A stretch of 63,125 bases of DNA, filler included, from Reclinomonas americana ATCC 50394 (Eukaryota): NCBI GenBank assembly GCA_048213135.1. It is 17 parts of 17 records of this genome, joined end to end, with 100 filler letters (N's around TTAATTAATTAA, not from the genome) between each part and the next. Parts side by side here need not be neighbours in the genome. Positions count along the whole stretch, not along the records: positions 23,561 to 25,339 come from AFZH01020742.1; positions 25,440 to 27,153 come from AFZH01020743.1; positions 27,254 to 44,319 come from AFZH01020744.1; 14 more parts are not named here. The stretch is one strand, 5' to 3'. The notes below the pieces were generated by a model. That model saw only the letters and a program-made list of their open reading frames with translations. It was not told the origin of the DNA and ran no database searches. Below are positions 23,607 to 36,700 of this stretch, in pieces. Both the position numbers and the translations under genes were made by a program. How positions within the stretch are numbered: position 1 is the stretch's first letter; every line of letters begins with the position of its first letter.

Positions 23607-25572
23607 CCAGAACGAAAAGAAAGACAGCCTCCCTTCCCTTCACCCCCCTCACCCTTCCCTTTTTCCTCTCCTCTCTTCCCTTCATCCCCCTCACCCTTCC
23701 CTTTTTTCCTCCCAGCTCCGCCAACCGCTCCGGAAGCCTCGCCGACGGCGACGGCGACAACGCCTCCTCCTCCTCCACCGCCGCACGCGACGTTCTCTCC
23801 ACCGCCGAGATGCAAGAACACATCCGCGCCTCCTCCGCCACTCCCAGCTCCCGCGGCGGCGCACCCTCCACCCCAGGACGCCTGGCCGCCGAATCGCCCA
23901 GCGCCATGCGTCGCCTCCTACGTCGCGAAGTCGCCGATACCGACGATGGCGGACAGCAGCAGCTGATATCGCCGGCTGCGCGTTCGGCATTGGAACGGCG
24001 AGGCATGATGTCGCGTGGCGCAGGCGGATTGTCGTTTCAAACGTTGCAGATTGATGTAGGCAGCGGAGGGGGATTGGATGACTCGACAGCATCGCATGCG
24101 CTAGTGTCGTCGTTTGCCAAGCGATCCGTGTCGCCGACGCATGCGCGAGCGGCACCGCAGACGCCCTCACGTGTGCATCCCATGGTGCGTCGCGCGGCGG
24201 AGGTGGCCGATAAGCTGACGGAGGAGGATTTGGAGAAGAGCATCTTCTTTTACGATGTCAGCTTCCCGACGGTGACGAATTACGAGCAGGTGGCGCTGGC
24301 GTTGCAGCAGCGCTCGGGGCAGCCGTTGTTGTCGCCGCAGAGGCGGCGGGAGCGGTTGCGGCGGGCGCGGAGCGGTGAGGGTGTGCGGTTGAATCTGGAT
24401 CGGTCGCCGTCACCGCCACCGCCGGCTGCGGCCAAGAGTGCTACCACTCTGCCGCCCGTGTCGTCGCCCGGAGGCACCGCTGTCAATCTACTGCGGCGGC
24501 GACTGGGACGAACGTCGCCGGCGGCCGCCGATGATGCCGGGGACGATGAGGGGAAGATGAAGAGCAAGTCGCGATCGGAGCTGTTGCAGAGTTGCGTCGC
24601 ATCTCCACATCTCACAGAAGCATTCTGTTCCTTTGCGTCTCTCTGTCTCTCCCCCTCTCCCGGCCCCTCTCTTCTACTTTCTCCCTCTCTCGTTCTCTCT
24701 CTTGAGCTCTTCATTCTCTCCTCTCTTTCTCAACCATTTCTTTCTCTTTCTCTCTCTTACACTCTCCCGTTCACTCTCTCACTTTCTTTCATTCTGTCTC
24801 ACTTTACTATCTTTTGCTCTCTCTCTATCTCACACTATCTCTTTCTGTCTCTCTTTACTCTCTTTTTCTCTCTATTTCACTTCTTTTCTGTCTCTGTGAT
24901 ATCTTACTTTTTCTCTTTCTCTCCTCTCTTTCTCCCACTCTTCCTTTCCCTTCCTCTCTTCTTCTCTCTTGTTCTCTCTTTTTCTCTTCTTCTCTCTGTC
25001 TCTTTAGCTTACATTCTCTCTCTTTCTTTCTTTCTCTCTCTCTCTCTCTTTCTCTCTTGCGCTCTTCCTCTCTTCTTCTTCCTTTGTCTTTCTTTTTCTT
25101 TCTCCTGTCTCTCTCTCCTTCTCTCTCGTTCTCTCCTGCGCTCTCCCTCGCTTTCTCTCCTCTCTTTCTCAATTATTTTCTCTCCCTTTCTCTTCTCTCT
25201 CTCTCTCTTTCCTCTTCTTCTCTCTTTTCCTCTTCCTCTTCCTCTTCTCTTTCTCTCTCTTTCTCTTTCCCTCTTTCTCACTCCCCCCTCTCCCTTCCCC
25301 CCCCTCTCCCTCCCCCCCTTTGCCCCCCTTCCCCCCCTTNNNNNNNNNNNNNNNNNNNNNNNNNNNNNNNNNNNNNNNNNNNNTTAATTAATTAANNNNN
25401 NNNNNNNNNNNNNNNNNNNNNNNNNNNNNNNNNNNNNNNGCGGCAGAACGAGAATCGACCAGATTTCAAGCCGCAGGCGCGCCAGGTCCGAGCCACCGAC
25501 AAGACCATCAACTTTGGCATGCAGATGAACAACCTGAGTGTGCACATTACACCGGATTTCCGCACGGGGTGA
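23178..25572 (+). CDS. Hypothetical low-complexity protein (multi-exon, spans two gaps)
   Basis: MPLSSISGGGG...SSR|GTGAGT; large exon 23716-24590 containing VRRAAEVADKLTEEDLEKSIFFYDVSFPTVTNYEQVAL; terminal exon RQNENRPDF...HITPDFRTG*. Joining across the gaps is inferred. Confidence 0.55.
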
Positions 25573-26113
25573 TAAATGGGGGGAAAAAGTATGAAGCAAG
25601 TGAATGACGTGTGTACTATGTGGATGTGGGGCGCAGCAACCAAAGCGTGGAAGCTTGCGATTTGACCGAAGAACTCGCTGTAAGCAGTCACTAAAGAGCA
25701 AAAGCATGCATGACTCCGTCGCATGCAATAAATCTTGCACCTCGCCGGGAGAGTTGAATGCCGCGGTTTGCAGGTCTGACTGAATGCAGTCGTGGGGAGC
25801 GATGGCTACCCCACTGGGCACGGAGGGCAGCCAATGCCGTCATCTTACTGAACTCCAGAGTCGCAAGCCAACAAAGGAACAGCAATATCGACGGCATGGC
25901 GACGTCGAGAGATTGCTCGTCGTTGAGCGGACTTCATCAACTCATTGCGCACTTGCCTCGCAGAATGCGTCTGGTGCTCAATATGTGTTGCTTGCTACAT
26001 CACTGTCGCTGTAGCAAGAAGTAGGAAGTGTGCCGCGCATTCATATGCTACGCACACTCGCCACGATCAGTGTTCACTGCCTTCTTCACAAAGAGGCGAG
26101 CGAGATGCGTTTT

Positions 26114-27376
26114 CTACTTGCGGTTCGAGAAGGTCGCAGCGAGTGCGTCGTTGGGACGGACCGGGTTCCACTGTGAGCGATGAGAAGTGAGGAAACACGC
26201 AGAGAGGAGAGAAACCAGCTTACTCTCCACCAATCACAGCAGGTCGCCAACCACCTCTTCTTCTTCTGCTCCTCCTGATCCTGAATTGCTGTCGTGTCTG
26301 CTCTTCTTCTCCACCTCCTTCGTTTGATTATGCATCTACGTTGCCTCTGCATCTGCTTCTCCACCTCCCCTCCTTCGTCTTTTTTTGTCTTTCTGCCTCT
26401 TCGTCCTCCCTGTTCTCTTTTCTTGTTCTCCGTTTTCCTCTGCTTTTTCTTGTTCTTCTCTTCCTCCTCCTCTTCCTTGTTGGTGTAAACTCTTCGTCTG
26501 CCGTTGCTTCTTCATCTCCTCCTCCTCCGTCTCATTCTCCTTTGTCTGCCTTGTGCTTCTTCTTTTGCCTCCGCCTCCGTTGTCTTAATCTGCCTCTTCG
26601 CCCTCCCTGTTGCTATTCTTTTCCTGTTCTTCTCTTTTCTTGTTCTCCTTGTCTTCTGCTTCTTGTTCTTCTTCTCCTCCTCCTTTTTCTTCTCCTTCGT
26701 CTGCATGTGCTCCTTCTTGCATTTGCATCCTTCCTTGTTGGTGTTCTTTTCTGTTCTTCTCCTTCTCGCTCTTGTTGTTGTTGTTGTCGCTGTTGTCGTT
26801 GTTGTTGTTCATCTTCTTCTCCTTCACCCTCCTCCTCCTTCTTCTCCATCTCTCTACCCTTCTTTCCTATTTTTCTCCCTCTCCTTCGCGTTCTTCTTCT
26901 TCGTTTTCTTCATCTGCTGCTTCTTTGCTCCTCCTCCTTTTCTTTCCTCTTCTTCTTCTTCTTATTCTTCTCCTCCTCCTCCTCCTCCTTCTACTCCTTT
27001 TCTTTCCTCTTCCTCTTCTTCCCTCCCTTCCTCCTCCTCTCTCTCCCCTCCCTTTCCTTCTCTCCCCTTCCCTCACCTCCACTGACACCAATCGCAGCTC
27101 CGTCTCCTTGTCTTGCCCAGGCAGCTGCAGTCGCACAGCAGGTCGAGCCGATTNNNNNNNNNNNNNNNNNNNNNNNNNNNNNNNNNNNNNNNNNNNNTTA
27201 ATTAATTAANNNNNNNNNNNNNNNNNNNNNNNNNNNNNNNNNNNNNNNNNNNNCCGCCAGGCGAATCGCAGTCTCCAGAGAGTCTTTCGGCACAGAGATC
27301 AGCAGAGGAGTGGCCTGCTCAATCACAGAGAGAGAGAGAGAGAGTCCTCCAGTCGTTTCCAGCCTGCATTCTCACA

Positions 27377-27440
<64 letters not shown>

Positions 27441-27559
27441 TCCTTTCTCGCAACTGAGAGACCGAGGACTCGCGCGGGCACTTGGCCGTCCTGACGAAGG
27501 AACTTGGCGGCGCGCTTGCCACTGTCGCGCAGAGTGGCAGAGAGCACTCGTGAGGCCAT
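26114..27559 (-). CDS. Ribosomal protein bL25-like (5S rRNA-binding domain), probably mitochondrial
   Basis: Exons 27559-27455, 27314-27254, [gap], 27153-27077 and 26170-26114 give MASRVLSATLRDSGKRAAKFLRQDGQVPARVLGLS|ATPLLISVPKDSLETAIRLA..AVRLQLPGQDKETELRLVSVE|WNPVRPNDALAATFSNRK*. This follows the L25 pattern (A..R..GK.A.R.LR..G..PA..YG...P..IS.; VQ.HP......H.DF). Confidence 0.7.
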
Positions 27560-27921
27560 GTGATTGAGTGGATGAGATTCGTCCTGCAAGACGCACTCAT
27601 TGACGACGTCGACCAACTTGCTCAACTGCAAGTGACAGTAAGCTGCACTCATCAGCTTGGTAATCACCACATAGCCTGCGTTATTCAAGTCGGTGAACAA
27701 CGTCGACGTTGGCGCTCGTTCTGCGTTTCCTCATCGCTCTGCACGGTTGGATCCGGACCAGGGCAGGCACACATCGCTAAACTACAAGTAAATGGAAGGC
27801 CGATAGGCCTACCGCGGGTCTTCAAGTTAAAAGAGTACTAGGGTGAAGAATTACAGTCTACATTGTGTCACTCCGGATTGGCGTCTCTGAGTCCCCGAAG
27901 TCTCTACGGAGGTGCGAGTGG

Positions 27922-28672
27922 CAGACTGCATGCCACCAACCGTCATCACACTGCCGCCGCCGGAAGCCGATCAAGATGAACGAGCTGACGGTCACAGACT
28001 GCATGCCACCAACCGTCGTCACACTGCCGCCGCCGGAAGCTGATCACGGTGGACGAGCTGACGGTCACAGACTGCATGTCACCAACTGTCGTCACACTGC
28101 CGCCGCCGGAAGCTGATCAAGGTGAATGAGCTGACGGTCATAGACTGCATGCCACCAACCGTCGTCACACTGCCGCCGCCGGAAGCTGATCAAGGGGAAT
28201 GAGCTGACGGTCATAGACTGCATGCCACCAACCGTCGTCACACTGCCGCCGCCGGAAGCTGATCAAGGTGAACGAGCTGATGGTCACAGACTGCATGCCA
28301 CCACCGGAAGCTGATCAAGGTGGACGAGCTGACGGTCACAGACTGCATGCCACCAACCGTCATCACACTGCCACCGCCGGAAGCTGATCAAGGTGAACGA
28401 GCGGACGGTCACAGACTGCATGCCACCAACCGTCGTCACACCGCCGCCGTCGCAAGCTGATCAAGGTGAACGAGCTGATGGTCGGACTGCATGCCACCAA
28501 CCGTCGTCACACTGCCGCCGCCGGAAGCAGATCAAGGTGGACGAGCTGTCGGTCATAGACTGCATGCCACCAACCGTCGTCACACTGCCGCCGCCGGAAG
28601 CAGATCAAGGGGAATGAGCTGACGGTCATAGACTGCATGCCACCAACCGTCGTCACACTGCCGCAGCTGATC
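27922..28672. repeat. 73-bp minisatellite, ~10.5 copies
   Basis: GACTGCATG starts at 27924, 27997, 28070, 28143, 28216, 28289, 28341, 28414, 28485, 28558 and 28631; one unit is 52 bp and one is 71 bp. Confidence 0.95.
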
Positions 28673-30751
28673 TGCAAGACTCGCCGGTGGATCGTTGATG
28701 GTGGCCGTCGATCTGTCCACCCGGTGGCACAGGAGGAAGAGCAAGAAGCCCACAGTTACGTCGTTGACGTACGCTGGACAGTGAACAGGCGGTGTGAAGC
28801 CCAGACACGTTGCAGGAAATCGCTGTTGAGGTCATCCAGAAGGTCGCGCGCGCACATGTACAGAAGACTTGCAGGGCAGCCGAGAGAGACGCATGCGACA
28901 CAATGGAAGGAGTTGCCGACCCGGGTGCGACACTTGATGCGCACGGCCCTAATCGGTTGAAGTCTGAGTACAGCTGTCCTCCATAGTAGCACTGTGTGCG
29001 CGTTCACAACTGTCAGCGGATTGCACGCTCGCAGTGAGGCGGTAGAGATCGTGTGTGCATGCGTGTACTATCGCAAGCGTATTCGCACCTTATTGTGCGG
29101 GCAATCGGGATCAAGCAGCGTCGCCCGCAGATAAGCTCGGCGCGGGTAGAGTGCGCTGCTCCCGTAAGGAGTCGTACCGGCAAAGTCTGGCCAACACAAG
29201 CCTCCAGCGACGGAGACACACATGGCGAGTCGTGAGACTGTGGTGGCTTGCAGTGGACGGCCTGGGGTGTGTCGGTGAGAGTTGTATGGAACAGCCATGG
29301 GAACATATGGTTCATGACGTTGACGACTGGCCACGGTGAATGGTGACACAGACATAATCCTTGCGTCAGACAGCCAGGGATTTGCCAGTGGGTTCGAATG
29401 AGCGGGATGGTTGTGTCGCAGTGGAAGAATGCCGGGAGGCTGGCCTCAGTCCACTATGACGAGGTTGCATGCATCACCGCAAGACACTTCTCCACACCTG
29501 CATTGTGTTGGCGTTAGTCATCGTTCAGTGACTGCTGGCGTGCCGCCATTGGATCGCATACATACCACTCATGCAGGCCATCTGTTTGCTCGCCTAGTGG
29601 CGGTGCACTGAGTTGAGTCCTCTGCACGAGTTGAGTCGCGCACACTTCGCTGCGTCGAGAAGCTTCGTGAGTGTCATGCGAGATTGGAAAGTGACTGTGG
29701 CAAATGTGACGAACCAGGCTTCTCTTTGGGGTCGGGCTGCCTGGCACACGCGTAACTAGCAGTATCACCTGGCTCTCGGTCAATGTTGAGTTGTGGCAGA
29801 GCGTGCGCATCACAAAGCACCAGCCAACTCTGTGAGAGGTCAAGGTGAATGTGAGAGACTGATTGATGAACAAGTATCTTGGTGCGTGCATTTGCTTGTG
29901 TGCGTGCGAGTGTAAGAAATGCATGGAGAGAGAAAGAGAGAGGGAGAGGGAGGGAGAGAGAGAGGGAGAGACAGTGAAAGAGTGCGTGTGTGAGTGAGTT
30001 GCTCTTTGATTGGGAACGCACCAGCTGTTGAGCATGGCCGAGGAGGACGAGAGAGAGAGAGAGAGAGAGAGCTACCACTTGTGGCCTCTCGTGTGCCTCG
30101 TGGTCAGCATGGGGACGGCTATGCAGTCACGTTCAGCGTCTTGGTTTGATCACGACGTGAAGAGCCACTCCTGCACGAGAGATCGACTCATGGAAACAGA
30201 GTTCACCCGCGCTGTGGGACTGGATGGAGAAGCAACAAGATGCGCACGTGGGGCAATCAGGAAACACAGACGGCCACAGGCAGAAGGAACCTGTCAGCCG
30301 GAGAAATCGTGGAAAAATGAACTTTCGTGACAGGTTGCACCTCCATTCCCGGCAGATTTCAGTAATATGCTTCCTGTGCCCGATGCCCAGGTCCGTTCAG
30401 CGCGCCAGCTCACCATTCGATGGCCACAGACCTGCTCTACCAGTTGCAATCTCTACGCCTGAGACATGTCAAAGAACCATGGAGAAAGAGGTTTCACGAA
30501 ATTTGGACCAAAAACCCGCCTGGGGACCCCGTATGCCGGGTTCCGTAATTCCCCCGGTCAGTCCGATCCTGCTGCCCGTTCACCCGTCACCCACACACCC
30601 GGCGGGTGCAATGGCGGGGTGGACAATTGCGCTCGCACTGCACAGGCAGGCAGGCACGGATACGCTCGGATACGCACACGCACTCGGCCCGCAGGCGGGG
30701 GGTTTTATTGAAGACCCTTAATAAGATGTATTGCTCTTTTTCTGTCTCCTC

Positions 30752-33700
30752 CTACAATCGCGTCCAGCCGGAGGACTCCTGCGCATGCCGCTGCTGCACT
30801 GGCGTCAGCAGTGGTTCTCCGAGAGTTCCGGCAGCTGGTGCAGAAGATCGCAACTGTGCTCGCCGCTGCTGCGCAGCTGGGGACAACAGCGGTACCCCGA
30901 GCTCTCCTGCTGCTGCCGCTGGAGCCGGCGCTGAGGATCGCGCACGAGCATTGGTTTCGGCGTCGTGGTCCCTGTCAATCGATTGCAACTCCACACCGGA
31001 CTCGTCATCTGGCTCGGAGCGATGATCGTCAGCATGTCGTGGACCGAGTTCGCTACCATCTGCCAACAATACAAGCAATCAAAACCGTGTTATCGCTTTT
31101 GAACTCTCTCTGCACATCTACGCTGTTCGTTGACACAGAATTCGAAGCGTGTCTTCATACTACAGTATCACTCTTCTCTCTCTTCTCTCTCTCTTTCTCT
31201 CTCTCTCTCTGTGCACATCTTCATGCATTTCTTGCTCCCAATATAGTGCTCCCATGAGTTTCATTCGTGGTGTATCTAACTTCGCTCCCTCACTTCTCCT
31301 CTCGCTGTGATCAGTACTTCCTGCATCTCTATCTCTCTCTCTCCCATAGTCTTTCTACATCTTCATGTCTTGCTGGCACAATTGGCAGTGGTCCATCGTT
31401 CTGCATCGCACTCCGAGGACCGCTATCTCGCTCACTCCCTATCGCTCACTCTGTACGTCTCCGCACTCTGTCGACACAGCATCCCTTCCCCTCCTCCTCT
31501 CTCTTCCTCCCTCTCCCTCTCCACATCCGCACATCTTGCTCTTACAGCACGCAGTCTATGCCACTCGCTCGTTCAATATCGATATATCACGCGCAGAACC
31601 GCTGCCTGCTTTTGCCGCACGTTGCCGACACTGCAGCACATCACGCCTCCTCTCTCCCTCCCTCCCTCCGCCTCTCCACATCCGCACATCTTCCTGTTTT
31701 AACTGCACAGCATTCCTTTGGCTCACACTGATTCTGTCCCACAGTCTCCCTCTCGCTCACTCACCCACGCACTCGCAAAACCTTCTTTGGTCCTCCCTCC
31801 CCCCACACCCTTCCCTCTTCCCCCCTCCCTCTCTCCCTCACCATCCGTGTCTGACCCGGAACTGTCCGCCTCATTCGCACCACGGCGGCACCTTCGCAAG
31901 CAGCGGCGTCGGAAGCACACCACAAACGCCTTGCCAAAGCGCACTACAATCGGGCTCGCCAGGATTGCCGCCGTCAGCACCAGAACCGCGACGAACGCCC
32001 AGAACGTAAACACACGGTCCACTTCAGAGGTAGACAAAGTGGCCATGACCACAAGGCCACCGAGACCAATCGCCTGCACTGCCACATGAGAAGCAACTCC
32101 CATCACGTCAATGCCTCTCTCGCTCAACACGCACCTCGAGTGTGTTATTGTCGGCAAAGCGCTGGTGCAAGTGGAGTGTTTCACGCTTGTATGGTCGCAC
32201 CAGCAGATGGATAGCCAAGAACATGACACAGATCAACCACATAGCAAGTGGAAGAACTTCGAGGAGACCGTAAGCGGCCAGTGGATATAAAGTGCCCAGC
32301 AGAATGAAGCGGCGACTGAGTTGGTACGCTGCAGACAAAAGGTGTGGATGGTCAGCAGCACGCAGGGAACAAACAGCGTTTGATAAGAACTCACCTTGGT
32401 ACCAGACCACCGACGGCTTGTACTGCTCATACAGTGTACCGAAGATTCTCATCGACTGCGAGCATCACGAGGCAGTAAGTCTCTAGGAGGCAGGCGTGCG
32501 AGCTTCCACTCATACTCTCGATAGGTAGCGCTCATACTGTTTACGAGAGAAGCAAATTGAGGCAGGCGTGCGCATTTCCTCTCACAATCTCTATAAACGA
32601 AGCAAATGGAAGCAGGCGCGCGTTTCTTCTCATGCTCTCTACTTACAGCACTCATACTGTCTAACGGAGAAGTGAAAGAGTGATCTCCTTGGCTCCCCAA
32701 AGAGAAAGAGAAAAGATGCTAGGTTGACACACCTGAGCCCGACAGTGCGTGTGTGTGGCAGAGAAGACATAAACGCACACTCAAGCCTGTCTATTACCGC
32801 CCCCTCCTATAAAGGAAACTGCACACCACTCCGTCTCTCCCCCACACCTTCTCATCGTCTAGTTGCCGCCGTCGTCGCAGTCGGCATGTCCACCAGACAA
32901 TGGCTATCGGAACAGCGATGGTCACAAGCAGGATAATCGCAAAGAGTGGTAGAAGCTGCAACCATCTGCTTCCAGCGCATCAGCAATAAAAGTCGCCGAG
33001 AATTCGAATACAGAACTGGTGATGCACGCAACACTCCTTCGTAGCACACGATGCTGGGCGAAAAGAGCACAACCTTCTGGTTGCCAACTGTTGTACACGT
33101 GATGAACAGAATGGCTGTGTCAGCCTGACCCTCATATGCTCCCAGCAGCAGCACCATCATGCTGAGGACATATCCGGAGGGAGAAGCTGCACGACTGAAC
33201 CAGCGCACAAATCGTCGCCATAGATTTCGCCGCAATCCACGATGATGGAAACGCGTCTCTCCGGAGCACCACTTGCGCAGCACAAAGGCCAAGAGACGAT
33301 GAGCCCCGAAAGTGCCCCACAACAGTGCAATGTAGACGATTGGCGAGATGACGCGGGCGACAAGATCGCCGGCGGCGTCCAAGTTGAACGGACAGCCGGC
33401 CTGAAAGAGGCGCGGAACATAGAGCGCCAACAGCCTCTCCAGTCCCAGCAGTTCCACATTGGGATAGAACAGCAAGGTCGCCGTCTGCAAGGTGAAGATG
33501 ATCATTTCGGCGGATTCTGTGTGTCTACTGTGAGCTTTGTAACATCGGATGTCACAGCTACCACGACTACACACCTCCAGCACCGCCAACCTGGAAGAAT
33601 GCGTGAATGAACATGACAAACAGCCACATGCGTGACAAGATCCACAGTCGCGCCACTGAAGATGTGGTCTCGCACTCCTCGCACTCGCCGAGCCAGTGAG

Positions 33701-36700
33701 AGAAACCCTTCTGCGTAGTGCGAAATGAAGTTGAGTCACTCAGACACTGAAGCTGGAATTCGCCACCAATTGAACCTTGCAAGCACCACACAGTGGTGAT
33801 AATGGTTCGCGATTCGACCCTTCCTTACAGAGGGTCACGTTACGCTCCAATAAAATTGGGCTAAAGTACGGCATACTGTGAGGCAACAGTGGCATATTGT
33901 ATTCCCGAGCGCAGTAGTCATACGGGCAAATATACGCGGTGAGGGAGTCCTTGTCGGGGGGGTCAATCGGAGTCCCGGTCCAACCGCGAGATAGCACGGT
34001 CTCAATCTTCCACGCCGCCGACACGGGAAATGACCAGTAGTTGGGATAAACGGTCACGCCGGTGCCTCCCTCGCAACTCATTCCCTCAGGGCAATCTCTG
34101 CACTTATTTTTGAACGAGGGATTCGGCAGCCTGTACTTGTCCACTGGGCACGGAAGGCAGCCAACATTGTATTCGTACTCAAGTCCAGCGGGGCATGCCG
34201 ACAATGGAACATCAATCGCCGGCTGCGATCCGACGAACTTGCCACCCGTACTCATCGCGATCGTGATGCTCACCGACGACACGGTGGAGTTTCTCAGAGA
34301 GACTGATCGCTGTTGAACGGACACCATCGCCTCGTCATCGCCACCACCTTCCGCCACCACAGTCAGATTGAACTCTGCCACGCCGTTGACTGTGGAACGA
34401 AACATTTTCTGCAGAGACAAACACGGTCAAAGCAAGCAACCAGTCATGGAACAGACCTGTAAACAGACTTACCTCTTGCTGGCAGCCGATGCACGTAACA
34501 ACAAAGACGGTCTCGTCCAACGTCGTCATCAAGTGCCCGAATACGTCAGTGGCACTGACGAACAAATCGCGCCGCTCTGTCGGCGACGGATACAGCGAGT
34601 TCGACGCCATTCTCACACTAACCGTGTACAAGGCTGCACGCGCGAGAAACAGTCAGTGAGGAGCGACAACCAGCGTGAATCACATATCTCCCGACGCGGC
34701 CCTACTCAACTGCTGCCCACATCTGCGCTTTGCGGATTCGTTGCCATGTTGCCTCTCGTCGTGATACCACGCCTGCTGGCCCACGAACTCCAGCCGCCCT
34801 CCAGTGACATGGAGTTATACAGTGGTTGCAACAATCGTGGGTCACCCTGGCCATCCCAAAAGATTCCACCGCCGCTGCCTTCACCCAAAGTATTCGCTTC
34901 AAACGGCGTCAGTGCCTGATTGTTTTTGAAATCCACATTAAGGAGCACCACGGAGGCCGCCAACGACGAGGAAGGAGGCGTGCCAGCGGCAATGCCGATT
35001 GCGAGGCCACCGCCACGTGACGACGCGATGTTGTCATAGAACACTGAACCGAGGAATGTGACATTTGCTGTGCTCACAATCGAGGCGCCTCCGCCGTCAC
35101 GTTTGGCACGATTACTAATAATGAGGCACTGTGTGCACGCCAGAGTGCAGTTGCCAAGAGCCAGCAGACCCCCACCACCAGCGTTCTCAGCCATGTTATT
35201 CGTAATGCGGACATGACTCAGCGTGGCGGCGCTCTTCTCCACCATCACGAGTGCTCCACCCGCGGCTGCACGATTCGACGACAAGGTCGACGAACTGATC
35301 GTTGCTGTGGCGTCGCCAGATATCGCCAGCCCCCCACCACTTCCAGCGGCACCTGGTACCGAGTTGCCAGTCACCTTGGTGCCAGAAAGAGCCACTGAAC
35401 TTCGACCGTTAACCTGCAGGGCACCGCCCGACAGAAGCGCCGACCCACTCGACAATGTACTGCCAGTGTCGTTCCAGCTCCCGAGACCATTCACAGCCAC
35501 GTGACCGCCCGTGGAGGTGGCGTTGTTGTTGGCAAACTGAGTGCCCGAAGACGACAGCGTAGCAATCTTGCCAACATAAATTCCGCCGCCAGCAAGAGCA
35601 GCAGAGTTGGAAACCAGCGTGCAGTTCACCAGCGTGGCTGACGACAGGTCGTCGAGGTACACGCCACCGCCGTCTGCACGCAGGGCTTTGTTGTCGGCGA
35701 TGGTGACGTTTGTGAGTTCGTGTGTGCTCTGCCCTGCAGCAAACAAGCCGCTTCCAAATGACGCACTGTTGTTGATCAACGTCACACCGTGCCAGAACGT
35801 CGCAGCTAGAGACTCTGCGTAAACAGCACCTCCAAAATACTGCGCAAAATTGCCCGACAGCAGACCACTGAGTCTCACGTTGCCAATGCTGGAAACATAA
35901 ACGGCTCCCCCGTGAAAGCTAGCCGAATTGGAGATAAAGTTGCAGTCGGCTATCGTCAAATCCACTCCATCGGCACGCGCAGCCAGTCCACCCCCGTACT
36001 GAGCCGAGTTCGACAGGACTTGAACTGCCTTCACATCAAGACCGGCAGAACTGGCATTTAAAACAATACCTCCACCAAAAGTAGTCGAGTTGTTTCCACG
36101 AATTGTCACAGTCTCCAATGCAACAGACGCTCCCGCCACGCAAATCCCAGCTCCCGCAAAACTCGCCGTGTTATTTGCCACCAAACAGCCAGTCAAGGAT
36201 GTGTTAGTTGACAATAGAGTCCCACCGCCTAAACCGACAGCCACTGACGGAGACATAACCGAATTGGAGATCAAGGTGCAGTTGCGTGCCTCAGCCGCCG
36301 TGTCGAGCAGCAGTCCACCGCCTCCCGACGACGGGCTTGCCGTGGCGACGCTCTCCGTAAACATGGCGGTGTTACCCAGAAACGAACAATTGTTAACACG
36401 AACTTGGTTGAACGCAAGCATGCCTCCACCCCCGCACTCGTCGCCGGCAAAGTACGCAGGAGTGCCACCAGTGCCAGGGTCGATCACCGAGTTTCCAGAA
36501 AAACTGCAGTTGCGAATCTCAGCCGGACTGTTCAACACGAGAATACCACCACCACCGCTGTGCCTGCCGCCAGAACCGTCCATAATGTTCTCGTCCCCGC
36601 CAACACCATCACGAATGGAAGAGTTCCTCGAAAAAATTGAGTTGCTGACGGTAAACGGCGGGTACTGTGACCAGAGTGATGAGTAGGGCAGCACTGGAAG

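Noticed and set aside
24600..27076. Long L/S/F-rich or R/E/K-rich ORFs in the track (also 850-1490, 16230-16920, 8112-8700)
   Set aside because: Translations of CT/AG low-complexity intron sequence that lacks stop codons by composition.
27922..28672. CRISPR-like or tRNA-like array
   Set aside because: Units are wholly repeated with no unique spacers, no cas genes are present, and no T-loop or cloverleaf is evident despite the 73-nt length.
28680..30300. Short ORFs downstream of the 73-bp array
   Set aside because: No recognisable motif or consistent splice pattern, so no gene or transposase is called.
32485..32675. Short imperfect repeats (GAGGCAGGCGTGCG...) in the TM region of the giant gene
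   Set aside because: They fall inside an intron by phase analysis; likely local duplication without evident function.
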